From assembly GCA_964372235.1 (NCBI GenBank), contig CAYJQD010000003.1, positions 1 to 43,928 of the forward strand: a DNA stretch of 43,928 nucleotides, read 5' to 3'. Positions 8,034 to 16,496 of the stretch are shown here, piece after piece. The notes beneath the pieces were generated by a model. The model saw only the letters and a program-made list of their open reading frames with translations, was not told where the DNA came from and ran no database searches. The DNA is from an uncultured Methanosarcinales archaeon (lineage in GTDB: Archaea; Nanobdellota; Nanobdellia; Woesearchaeales; GW2011-AR9). A program made the translations under genes and the position numbers. The stretch's first letter is position 1. Each line of letters begins with the position of its first letter.

Positions 8034-8900
8034 TTAGACTGCAATTTGAAATTTTATGAAAGGATGATGCTGATAGTTAAGAACTTTTGTGTCAGTGTAC
8101 TTCCAATCGAAGATGGATGTGAAAGGTTCTGTTTCTATAATTGGTAAGGGATACGGTTTTCGGCTTAGTTGTTCTTCTGCTCCTTTAATATGATTTTCAT
8201 AAATTTGGGTATCACCTAAATTACCTACTAACTTTCCTTCCTGATTTCCTGTTTCTTTTGCTAGCAAGTGCAGTAAAGTAGCGTAACTGGCAATATTAAA
8301 TGGTAAACCCAACATCAGATCAACAGAACGTTGATTCCAGGCCAAATGAAGTTTGCCATCAACAACATCAACTTGAAAATTATAATGACAGGGCGGTAAA
8401 GCCATTTGATGCAGCTGCGTAGGGTTCCAAGCTGAAACAATCATCCTCCGATCGTGAGGATTCTTCTTAATTGTGTTTACCACCTGAGCTAATTGATCTA
8501 CTCCTTGTCCACGGTAATCGATTCCTAAGCCTTTGTATTCCGCACCAAAGTGCCTCCATTGGAAACCATATATGGGACCTAAATCAGGTTCTTCAACCAT
8601 CTTACACAACGTTTCTTCATCGTGTCCATAAGGCACTTTTTCTGGATTACACCAAGCATCCCAGATGTGGTTATTCCGTTCTTGCAACCATCGTTTATCG
8701 GTCAAGCCTTTGATGAAGAATTCCAATTCGCTAAATACTCCTTCATAACGCATCTTCTTAGTAGTAAGCAACGGGAAACCATTGGCCATATCATGCTCAA
8801 ATTTTTCACCAAAAATAGTTAACGTATCTGTTCCTGTTCGATTTTCTTTCTTGATACCTTCTTTGAGAACTTTCCGAACAATTTCTAAATATGCATCCAT
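8034..8900 (-). CDS. thyA: thymidylate synthase (ThyA type)
   Basis: RTGTDTL, FPLLTTKK, LGPIYGFQWRHFG, DRRMIVSAWNP, LPPCH, QRSVDLMLGLPFNIASYA. Confidence 0.9.
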   Translation of the reverse strand: MDAYLEIVRKVLKEGIKKENRTGTDTLTIFGEKFEHDMANGFPLLTTKKMRYEGVFSELEFFIKGLTDKRWLQERNNHIWDAWCNPEKVPYGHDEETLCKMVEEPDLGPIYGFQWRHFGAEYKGLGIDYRGQGVDQLAQVVNTIKKNPHDRRMIVSAWNPTQLHQMALPPCHYNFQVDVVDGKLHLAWNQRSVDLMLGLPFNIASYATLLHLLAKETGNQEGKLVGNLGDTQIYENHIKGAEEQLSRKPYPLPIIETEPFTSIFDWKYTDTKVLNYQHHPFIKFQIAV

Positions 8901-8922
8901 CCCAAAGAATGAAAAATAACTT

Positions 8923-8930
8923 CTTTAAAA
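8923..8930 (-). promoter_or_regulatory. TATA-like box upstream of thyA
   Basis: The minus strand reads TTTTAAAG, centred about 27 nt upstream of the thyA ATG (8900). This is consistent with a leaderless or short-leader archaeal promoter. Confidence 0.35.
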
Positions 8931-8982
8931 CCATTTAGGCAATAAGAAATAATAATTAAAATTCATTATTACTGACGAGGAG

Positions 8983-9216
8983 CTATACAACTTCTAACAC
9001 TTTTTCCCTATTAGTCTCTCCAGATTTTATGCGTACTGAAAGTTTGAATTCTTTCTTAAAAAATTTTATCAATTCCGTATTTGCTTTGCCTTTTTCTGGA
9101 GCAGATTTCAAATATAATTTTAATTTCCCGTCTTCCTCTTTTAATTCAGTCCGGCCAGCCTGAGGAATCACCTTAACTTGGAGCGTTCCGTTGTGGATAT
9201 ATTTACTGATGTCCAT
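8983..9216 (-). CDS. DUF167 (YggU-like) small protein
   Basis: LQVKVIPQAGRTEL...LKLYLKSAPEKGKANTELIKFFKKEF...VRIKSGETNREKVLEV matches the YggU/DUF167 pattern. The start is chosen at MDISKY (9216); 9228 is also possible. It overlaps the end of the upstream gene. Confidence 0.6.
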   Translation of the reverse strand: MDISKYIHNGTLQVKVIPQAGRTELKEEDGKLKLYLKSAPEKGKANTELIKFFKKEFKLSVRIKSGETNREKVLEVV

Positions 9217-10060
9217 GGAGAACGCCATTGAAGACATACATGCGCAGCCAGGCCAGGAAGAACGCTGCCAAAAGAACATTCAATAAGGTAGAATAGAGTG
9301 GATAAAAGAGCAAGGCTTTCTTGATAGGGAGGAGGATAACTGTTGCCAGTAACGCACTCGCTGTAGCCAGCAGCACTAGAAATAATACTTTTTTCCATTG
9401 TTTTCTAAAGGTGCTAAATCCAGCGCCGATAGAATTCCAGACTTGGTAGGATTTGACAAAATGGTTGTAGATGAAAAAGATGATGACCATAAATAAGACC
9501 ACAAGATAAAATAAGGCTGTGCCATCAACAATCAGACGGATATTTTCCATCAGGTTGCTATAAGTAAGATAAAAAACAGGAAAGAGCTTAGGCGGGATAT
9601 TAAGTACAATCATGGTAATGATCTTTACGACCAATAATGTAGCTAAGAATAGCAAGAGTGGTACCAGCAAGGAAAGGTTCAGCAGATTCCAGCGCCAATA
9701 ATTTTTGCTGGTAACTTTTTTTCCGTGCAGATAATTCCAGTTCCGTGCTTGAGAATAGGAATAGAGGAAAACTGAACCTACTACTAATAATGCCAATCCC
9801 ACTAAGGAAGTGATAAGGAACCATTTTAGCGAAGTCAAGAAAGGTGCTAATTGTTCCGGATTTAAGGATAAGAGCATCTGCTGCAGTTCTGCAGTAGTTC
9901 TTCCCTGCAGCAACTCTAAGGAACGCTGCTGGGTGTAGGAGGAAAACCAGATGAAAGTAAAAATGATGATGGAAAGAGTAGCTAAATCGGTCAGAAAGGT
10001 TGTTGTAAACTGTTTTCCTAGTTTGAAAGAGTCGAGATAGGGTTGGATATTTTTATTCAT
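9203..10060 (-). CDS. polytopic membrane protein, hypothetical
   Basis: At least 6 long hydrophobic segments. It lies 36 nt downstream of the large secreted-protein operon on the same strand. Confidence 0.55.
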   Translation of the reverse strand: MNKNIQPYLDSFKLGKQFTTTFLTDLATLSIIIFTFIWFSSYTQQRSLELLQGRTTAELQQMLLSLNPEQLAPFLTSLKWFLITSLVGLALLVVGSVFLYSYSQARNWNYLHGKKVTSKNYWRWNLLNLSLLVPLLLFLATLLVVKIITMIVLNIPPKLFPVFYLTYSNLMENIRLIVDGTALFYLVVLFMVIIFFIYNHFVKSYQVWNSIGAGFSTFRKQWKKVLFLVLLATASALLATVILLPIKKALLFYPLYSTLLNVLLAAFFLAWLRMYVFNGVLHGHQ

Positions 10061-10096
10061 GGCCTATTGAGAGATTTTAACTATATAATGATTTCT

Positions 10097-13000
10097 CTAC
10101 CAATCCGAATTCTTCGTTACTTGTCCGCTGCTGACCGAGACGCTGGCTCCACTTTGTCCTGAACGTTCCCAGTTGACTTTACCGATATCTGAAGTGACGA
10201 CGTTGAAACAGACATCCTCGATAGCGCCATATCCTGCTGCTACGCCATCTCTTCCTGCAATATTGATGCTCACGGGAGCCTGATTCCAACGTATGCAAGC
10301 TTGATCATAGACATTAGTCGAATACTTTATGATGGCATCCCTATCCGATGCACCGTTCTGTAACTGGATCGGAGAAGCAATATTCCCGTTGAGATTATAC
10401 ATCGGTACTGCTCCAGGGTAAAGGAATACGTTAAAGGAAACTGCGACTCCATTTTCGTCTACCAATGGAGTGAAGGCTTCGTCCTGTGGTGAAGAGACTG
10501 CCCAAGTGACTTTATAGAAATATCCTTTTAATGGTTCATCGCTGTCTGGTTCATTATCACGGTCTTGATCTGCATAACAGAATGTATCATCTACACATAC
10601 TTGTCTGCTGTCGCAGATAAATAATTCATCTGATTCTTCGTCTGGGTTCTTATGACAGAGGATAGGTGACGCTTCAGGAGAACGTTCCATCTGGATGGAG
10701 GCTACCGCTTGATAGGTTCCGGAAGTGGTTTTGATAACTGCTTTACCTTCTGGTTCGATATCCTGCCAGTGCAAGGCGTTATTTTCGCAGATAGCAGACG
10801 GGAACCAATTGGAAGCTAATAATGGTGCGAAGGCTTTATCCCACTTGCTGCGCCAGTCTTTGTAAAAGTCTGCTTCACCGAATAAGAGATTACTGATAGC
10901 CGGATAGGATTTGAAGTTGTTAGTAATAGAATAAATTGATTGGATAGCGACATCTATGGTAGCAAGAACTTCTTCAGTTTCTAACTCTTTTAATGCTTCT
11001 TTGTTTTCCTTGCTGTTTAACGTGTTAGTTAGTTTGTCTTCAGCTTCTTTTGCAGCTTGTTCTTCTTTGGTTATATCAGCGTTGATTTTGCTTAGCTCCT
11101 CACCTAACTTCCCTGCCTTGTTTTCCAGAGTGTTACGCTCAGCCTGCGCCGTAGCAAGAAGCTGGGAGACCTTTGCTTCCTCTTCCTTATTACCTTGAAG
11201 CTTCGCAGTCGCATATTCACTTTTCAGGTTTTCTTCTTTAGTCTTAGCTTCTTCAAGTTTACGTTGAGTATCTGCTAAATTTTTCGCTACAGTTTCTCCT
11301 TTCGTTTTAGCATCCTGCAATTTTGGACTAGTAGGGCTGGTAACAGTTCTCCAATCATCCCCTACTTTCTTAGCTTCAATAGTTGTTCCAGTTTTAGCAT
11401 CTTGCAATTGATAGATTACTTCCCCCTGCTCAGTTTTCTTTCCAGATTTAGTAATTATGGCATTGGTTTCTCCTTTTCCATCTACAAGCACAATACCATT
11501 CTTTCTGCCCGTGCCAGGATCAAATAATTCTTTTTGCTGTAATGTACGATCAGCTCCGAAAGGCTTATTGTATTCATAATCTACTAGGTAACTTTGTGCT
11601 TTTCCGTCGATGTTTAGTGTAACTTCCCCGCCTGTTTCCACAAAACAGCCACCATCGGTTTTACATCCAGAAACACCTTTACGATAATAATCTCCTTTCA
11701 GATTAGTAGATTCCTTGGTTTTAGAATTAATTCGCTGCATGGTCTCTTCTTCATAATTTATGGCGGTGAAAACCCCGTCATTTAATTTCAATATTCCTGA
11801 TGGTTCTCCTTCTTTTCCTGGTAATTGGATTCCTTCTTTTAGTTCTCCTAAAGTATCAGCATTAGTGAGAATTTTTCCTTTTGGTAAAGTATAACTTGAT
11901 TCGCCGACCTTTACAACCCCACCTGCTTCTTTTTGGGTTGCGACGATCTGCCCATTAACAACAACATATCTTTCTACAATCTTGTTGCTGGTTGAGCTTT
12001 CGAAACGCTTTGCAGTTATCACACCATCTTCATCTGCTTTCTGATCTACGATTACTTCACCGCCCAATCCAGAGATGACATATACTCCTGCACCAGGCCT
12101 TTCATACACACTTTTTACTTTTCCCACACTTTTTTCAAGATCTGCATAACTTGCACCGAGGGAAGATTCCAGAATTCCTTTAACCCGATCTGTTTCTGCT
12201 TGGGAACCTGCTTTTACTCCTGATTTGAAAGGAACAGTGACTGTTCCTTCTTTTAACGCATTTAGCAATAACCCATTTTGTTCTGGAGCGCCTTTGTAAT
12301 CATCTTTTCCGATAAGCTTTTTATACGCTTCTTCTCTGGCTTTATAGTTTTCACTGCCAGGACCTTTGCCAGCGAATCCTGCTTCTGCGAACACATCTTC
12401 GACAGACTGAACATTGCCGCAAGCTCGAGCGTCTCCTAACGCACATCCTTTGTTAAAAAATTGCAATGCCGTTTTTTGATCTTGCTGGACTCCATTTCCT
12501 TTAGCATAATGAGTCCCTACATTGAGACAACCGGTTTTATCACCTGCAGCACATGCTTGTTGCTGTAATGGCAAAGACTTATCGTATTCTCCATTTTTGT
12601 AATGGATGTTTCCTGCCGCAACACAGGCCTTAGAATAATCAGTACACAAGTTTGTTAATACACCAAGATCTCCTTTTTCTTTCGCTTCTACATATTTTTG
12701 GTTTAAAGCTTGCTGCTCCGGAGTCATCGTTGATGCTGCTGGAGTAGGAGCAGAATCAGAGGGTATTCCGCCTAATTTAGAGCTAAGTTCATTTACCTTT
12801 GCAAGCGGATGGGCCGATTCAACTGTCCAAGGGTTCTTTCCGGCATCTGACCAAGTGTTGGCATTTTTCTCTTTCTCACTTGCCCATTGCCATTTACCAT
12901 TCTGGAAGCGGAAGAATGTTTTATCTGCACCAACAGTAATTAAATATGTTCCATCTCTCTGTTTTTTTGCACCTGCGTCGATTAATAATTTTTCGTCTTC

Positions 13001-13228
13001 AGCCTTAGGGGTCGCTCCCGCTTCTCCCACCAAGGCATCACTTCGATCAAACCACGCTCTTCCTGCTCGGGCTTCTTTGCTTCCGAAAAGGAATTGCCAG
13101 ATCTTACATCCTAGCTTACATTCTTCAACAGGTTCATCTGCGTAAGGATCTGTTTCCTGGGCAAAGGCGAAGATGGAACTACACAACATGAATAATACAA
13201 AGATCGTGGTTAATTTTGCTGCTTTCAT
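10097..13228 (-). CDS. large secreted protein with Sel1/Hcp-like Cys-bracketed repeats, a coiled-coil stretch and a Cys-rich C-terminal domain
   Basis: Signal peptide MKAAKLTTIFVLFMLCSSIFAFA. Sel1-like repeats at about 12410..12703 (CVAAGNIHYKNGEYDKS.., CLNVGTHYAKGNGVQQDQKTALQFFNKGC). Lys/Glu/Ala-rich heptad-like region at about 10960..11330. The ATG at 13228 overlaps the upstream TGA (ATGA). Confidence 0.7.
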   Translation of the reverse strand: MKAAKLTTIFVLFMLCSSIFAFAQETDPYADEPVEECKLGCKIWQFLFGSKEARAGRAWFDRSDALVGEAGATPKAEDEKLLIDAGAKKQRDGTYLITVGADKTFFRFQNGKWQWASEKEKNANTWSDAGKNPWTVESAHPLAKVNELSSKLGGIPSDSAPTPAASTMTPEQQALNQKYVEAKEKGDLGVLTNLCTDYSKACVAAGNIHYKNGEYDKSLPLQQQACAAGDKTGCLNVGTHYAKGNGVQQDQKTALQFFNKGCALGDARACGNVQSVEDVFAEAGFAGKGPGSENYKAREEAYKKLIGKDDYKGAPEQNGLLLNALKEGTVTVPFKSGVKAGSQAETDRVKGILESSLGASYADLEKSVGKVKSVYERPGAGVYVISGLGGEVIVDQKADEDGVITAKRFESSTSNKIVERYVVVNGQIVATQKEAGGVVKVGESSYTLPKGKILTNADTLGELKEGIQLPGKEGEPSGILKLNDGVFTAINYEEETMQRINSKTKESTNLKGDYYRKGVSGCKTDGGCFVETGGEVTLNIDGKAQSYLVDYEYNKPFGADRTLQQKELFDPGTGRKNGIVLVDGKGETNAIITKSGKKTEQGEVIYQLQDAKTGTTIEAKKVGDDWRTVTSPTSPKLQDAKTKGETVAKNLADTQRKLEEAKTKEENLKSEYATAKLQGNKEEEAKVSQLLATAQAERNTLENKAGKLGEELSKINADITKEEQAAKEAEDKLTNTLNSKENKEALKELETEEVLATIDVAIQSIYSITNNFKSYPAISNLLFGEADFYKDWRSKWDKAFAPLLASNWFPSAICENNALHWQDIEPEGKAVIKTTSGTYQAVASIQMERSPEASPILCHKNPDEESDELFICDSRQVCVDDTFCYADQDRDNEPDSDEPLKGYFYKVTWAVSSPQDEAFTPLVDENGVAVSFNVFLYPGAVPMYNLNGNIASPIQLQNGASDRDAIIKYSTNVYDQACIRWNQAPVSINIAGRDGVAAGYGAIEDVCFNVVTSDIGKVNWERSGQSGASVSVSSGQVTKNSDW

Positions 13229-16200
13229 ATCACATCCTCGCCGACTGAGTCGCAATAGTTTAATCCGCCTTGTTTGAAATCTTCTACCACCGTGGTGACG
13301 AAACCAACAATCTGTTCCAGAGTGCCAAAGATCTCCCAGATGTAATTAGCATAGGTACAACCACCTGAAGCAGTATTGCTCGTAGCACATATGATACCGC
13401 AAGTGACCACCGTTACAGTGTGAAGTATTGCAAATGGATCTGCTAACGCTCTCGATAATCCACCAATAACCTCATCCCAGAACTGAGAAAATGGAATCAA
13501 ATACCATAATTCTCCTACTACATATTTACATACCAGTAGATCTTCTAATTCTTCACACATACTTACAGTTGCTAATCCGGAACGTACTTCATTTTCTAAA
13601 CAGGCAATCTTACGACATTTGATCTGCCTAAACTTATCAAGATTCTTGATAATGCCTGGGATACATAATCCTGCAAAAGAGAGGAACAGATTATCTCGTA
13701 TGTCTCTTGGATGAGAATAGTTATCTTCTCCAGGATTGTAGCCTTTAGCAAGAGGATCGCCGGGCGCTTTTAATCTTTCTACTTTATACAATTCTAAGAT
13801 AAATGCCTGCCATTGGCTGTACCAACCTAAGGAACCGCCACTTTGTGGTCGGCACGTTAACACTTCAAGGATAACATCAAATATTTCTCCGCCAGATTTT
13901 GCGCCGGTGGTTCCACTATGGAATCCGAAACAAGCAGCAATCCTCTGCGCTTCTCCCCCGTAAGGATTAGCTTTTAATGCTTCAGTTCCGGTCTTGGCAG
14001 GGCCTTCAAAAATTTCCACTATCTTCATAATTATATTGTATATCTGTATCAGATAATCCAGCCACTTCAACACCTCTGCCATCACACCTATAACATCCCA
14101 GGCTGCATTGATATCATCCCTTGCTTCCTGGATGACTTGATCCAAATTCTCATCCTGTGCGCCAAGTGTAGAAAATCCAAACGGCACAACAACGGTAACT
14201 TGCTGCACTTCTGCTGCTCTGACTGCATTCTTGCCTACCTGTGAGAATATTTTGAAAGTACATACATATTCAACTTCCTGTTTGACAAATTCAGTTTCTT
14301 CTTTCTGACCGATCTGGAACATACTGCGTCCATCAAACGGTTCAAATTCAATAATGACATTTGGACTAGGAGCATAATCTCCGACAGCAGATACCCCACC
14401 ATACAATATTGCTCTGCTAATGACTGGCGCACTTGCTGCAGTTTCTCCTTCCTCTACTTCTGGAACAGCACAATTCACTAATTCGATATCCAATGCGCGA
14501 ACATCATTTACATCAGCACCTAACGCGATCTTAAATGGCAGCCTAGTATAGGTCAACTGGGTGGTGTCCAAATCGATAAAGGCGCCTGCTCCGCCGAGAG
14601 GAGTAACTTTGCGCACTTCCCAGAAATCGGGATTCTCTTCTGTAGTCAAACCTAATAAATCGATAGTGATAGTCGCTTCTTCATTGCTACTACGGAATCT
14701 CTTGACATTCTTCGGTTCGTTTTCTGGCGCAGGCCAGCTGACTGCATCATTGCCGGCAGTGTCCTGCACGCGAACGTCAACTTCTAAACCTGTTTCAGGA
14801 CCGCTCTTGATCGGATCAGTTTCTAAAGCGCATTCCCATCGTCCTTCTGCGCGAGTACAATCCTCTTCAGTAAAGATAACCCAGCCGTCTTCATCGATAA
14901 AGTCATTCGCAGGATATACATTTTCAGCGTCTAATAACAAATCTTGTACATTCACTAAGACGCGCAAGCCACTCGCCTCAGAAACTCTCAATACCAACTT
15001 AAATCGATCATTGCTCTGGAAATAATTCTTATCACCAATTTCAGAAGTTCCAAACACTTCTAAAGACTCGACCTTTGGACCGGTGTTATCTACGACAAAT
15101 TCAGATTCTGCAGCAAGGCCTTCATTGCCGACATTATCTTGGAAACGGGATAAACCGAAGGTCAACACCCCTTCATTAACTTCTTCATCAACATCCCAAT
15201 AACATTCTAAAACGCCAGCATCCTCTACACATTCGTTTGGTTCTGCCAGATTGCTTAACCCAAATCCAGCTAAATTTGCACGGACGCCATCTTTGCTGAT
15301 CCCTGCTCCCTGATCCTCAGCCTGTAAAATAATTGTGTTCTCACCACTTTTCAGATAACTTTTCCCTTCAAACTGTTTAACGGTGCCAAAGAACTTGATG
15401 CTTGGAGGATTATTATCGACGACGAAGGTTGAGGACAAGCTTTTTTCCGCGACATTTCCTTTTTCATCCGTAACTTTGACTAATACAGTTACTGTTCCAG
15501 CCGGATTAACCTTCACATTACTCCAGGTACAATGCCAAAGATCATCTACATCCGCATCAGCTTCACAGGTTGCTTGATCTCCGTCAAGATCAGCTTGTTG
15601 CGAAAATCCTTGCACGGTCGGCACGCTCTTCTCTACTACATCAACTTGTATATCAGTGGAGGAAGCGAACTGTCCGATAAATTGTCCATACTTCGTAAAG
15701 TTAAGATTATTCCCAATTAATGGCTTGACAAAATCAGCAAAGAATGATACAGAGGGGCTAAAAGAGACATGACCTAAATTATCTTCAGCACGGATCTTTA
15801 ATCTCTTGGTACCTTCGCCGCTCATGCTGGCTTGTAAAATTCCTTCATATCCTCCGTCACCCAAATAACTGAACGTCTCTTTTCCATCAGGAAGATCTAT
15901 GGTCTGCAGAGCTGTCCCTGTATCGCCATCAATAATGTCAATCTTCTTCAAGCCGGCAGAAGGAACTCCGCTCTTTTTGTCATTGACGGTGAAATCAAGC
16001 TTTACTTTACCTTCCTTCCCCTGGCTCACTTTTCCTGGAGAAAAGAAGATCTGCGGAGCGGATCCATCTGCTTTGATCACATCACCGGAAGAAGCGCTTT
16101 CTTGTTTCAAGGTTGCACTCAGGAAGGAATAAATGACTTGAAAGGCATATTCTCCTTCTTGTATTCCATCAGTTAGCGGACTAATATACTTACATAATAC

Positions 16201-16494
16201 TCCAAGCGTACTTGGAGAACAGGATGTAAACGAAGCCTGATTGTCGCCGATTTTGATTTTCACATCTTCCGGCTTGACGCTAGTATTGCTAGTCCCTGCA
16301 CCCGAAATAAGTGCTTCAACGGTCCAGACGTCGCCTTGTGCATCGATATGCTGCTCAATCCCTGCTTCTCCTTCATTCTTAGTTATCTGTACAGAGGCAG
16401 CCAAAGCACTCGCAGAATAGACAGGCATGCTCAGCACTAACATAACCATAAACAATGCTGCCAGGTTCCAGATGCTCTTTGTTTTCGGTTTCAT
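13225..16494 (-). CDS. large secreted, beta-rich (adhesin/Ig-like by composition) protein with Cys-rich hydrophobic C-terminal region
   Basis: Signal peptide MKPKTKSIWNLAALFMVMLVLSMPVYSASALA. The long middle part is rich in Gly, Asp, Val, Thr and Ser. The last ~330 aa hold many Cys and amphipathic or hydrophobic helices. Its start lies 2 nt after the upstream stop. Confidence 0.7.
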   Translation of the reverse strand: MKPKTKSIWNLAALFMVMLVLSMPVYSASALAASVQITKNEGEAGIEQHIDAQGDVWTVEALISGAGTSNTSVKPEDVKIKIGDNQASFTSCSPSTLGVLCKYISPLTDGIQEGEYAFQVIYSFLSATLKQESASSGDVIKADGSAPQIFFSPGKVSQGKEGKVKLDFTVNDKKSGVPSAGLKKIDIIDGDTGTALQTIDLPDGKETFSYLGDGGYEGILQASMSGEGTKRLKIRAEDNLGHVSFSPSVSFFADFVKPLIGNNLNFTKYGQFIGQFASSTDIQVDVVEKSVPTVQGFSQQADLDGDQATCEADADVDDLWHCTWSNVKVNPAGTVTVLVKVTDEKGNVAEKSLSSTFVVDNNPPSIKFFGTVKQFEGKSYLKSGENTIILQAEDQGAGISKDGVRANLAGFGLSNLAEPNECVEDAGVLECYWDVDEEVNEGVLTFGLSRFQDNVGNEGLAAESEFVVDNTGPKVESLEVFGTSEIGDKNYFQSNDRFKLVLRVSEASGLRVLVNVQDLLLDAENVYPANDFIDEDGWVIFTEEDCTRAEGRWECALETDPIKSGPETGLEVDVRVQDTAGNDAVSWPAPENEPKNVKRFRSSNEEATITIDLLGLTTEENPDFWEVRKVTPLGGAGAFIDLDTTQLTYTRLPFKIALGADVNDVRALDIELVNCAVPEVEEGETAASAPVISRAILYGGVSAVGDYAPSPNVIIEFEPFDGRSMFQIGQKEETEFVKQEVEYVCTFKIFSQVGKNAVRAAEVQQVTVVVPFGFSTLGAQDENLDQVIQEARDDINAAWDVIGVMAEVLKWLDYLIQIYNIIMKIVEIFEGPAKTGTEALKANPYGGEAQRIAACFGFHSGTTGAKSGGEIFDVILEVLTCRPQSGGSLGWYSQWQAFILELYKVERLKAPGDPLAKGYNPGEDNYSHPRDIRDNLFLSFAGLCIPGIIKNLDKFRQIKCRKIACLENEVRSGLATVSMCEELEDLLVCKYVVGELWYLIPFSQFWDEVIGGLSRALADPFAILHTVTVVTCGIICATSNTASGGCTYANYIWEIFGTLEQIVGFVTTVVEDFKQGGLNYCDSVGEDVI

Positions 16495-16496
16495 GT

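Noticed and set aside
14561-15025. Long antisense or shadow ORFs inside large genes (also 25885..26346, 33517..33984, 38691..39101, 43309..43674 and many shorter ones)
   Set aside because: Each is fully contained in a much longer ORF on the opposite strand that has recognisable motifs. Their compositions are Ser/Leu/Phe-rich low complexity, typical of antisense frames.
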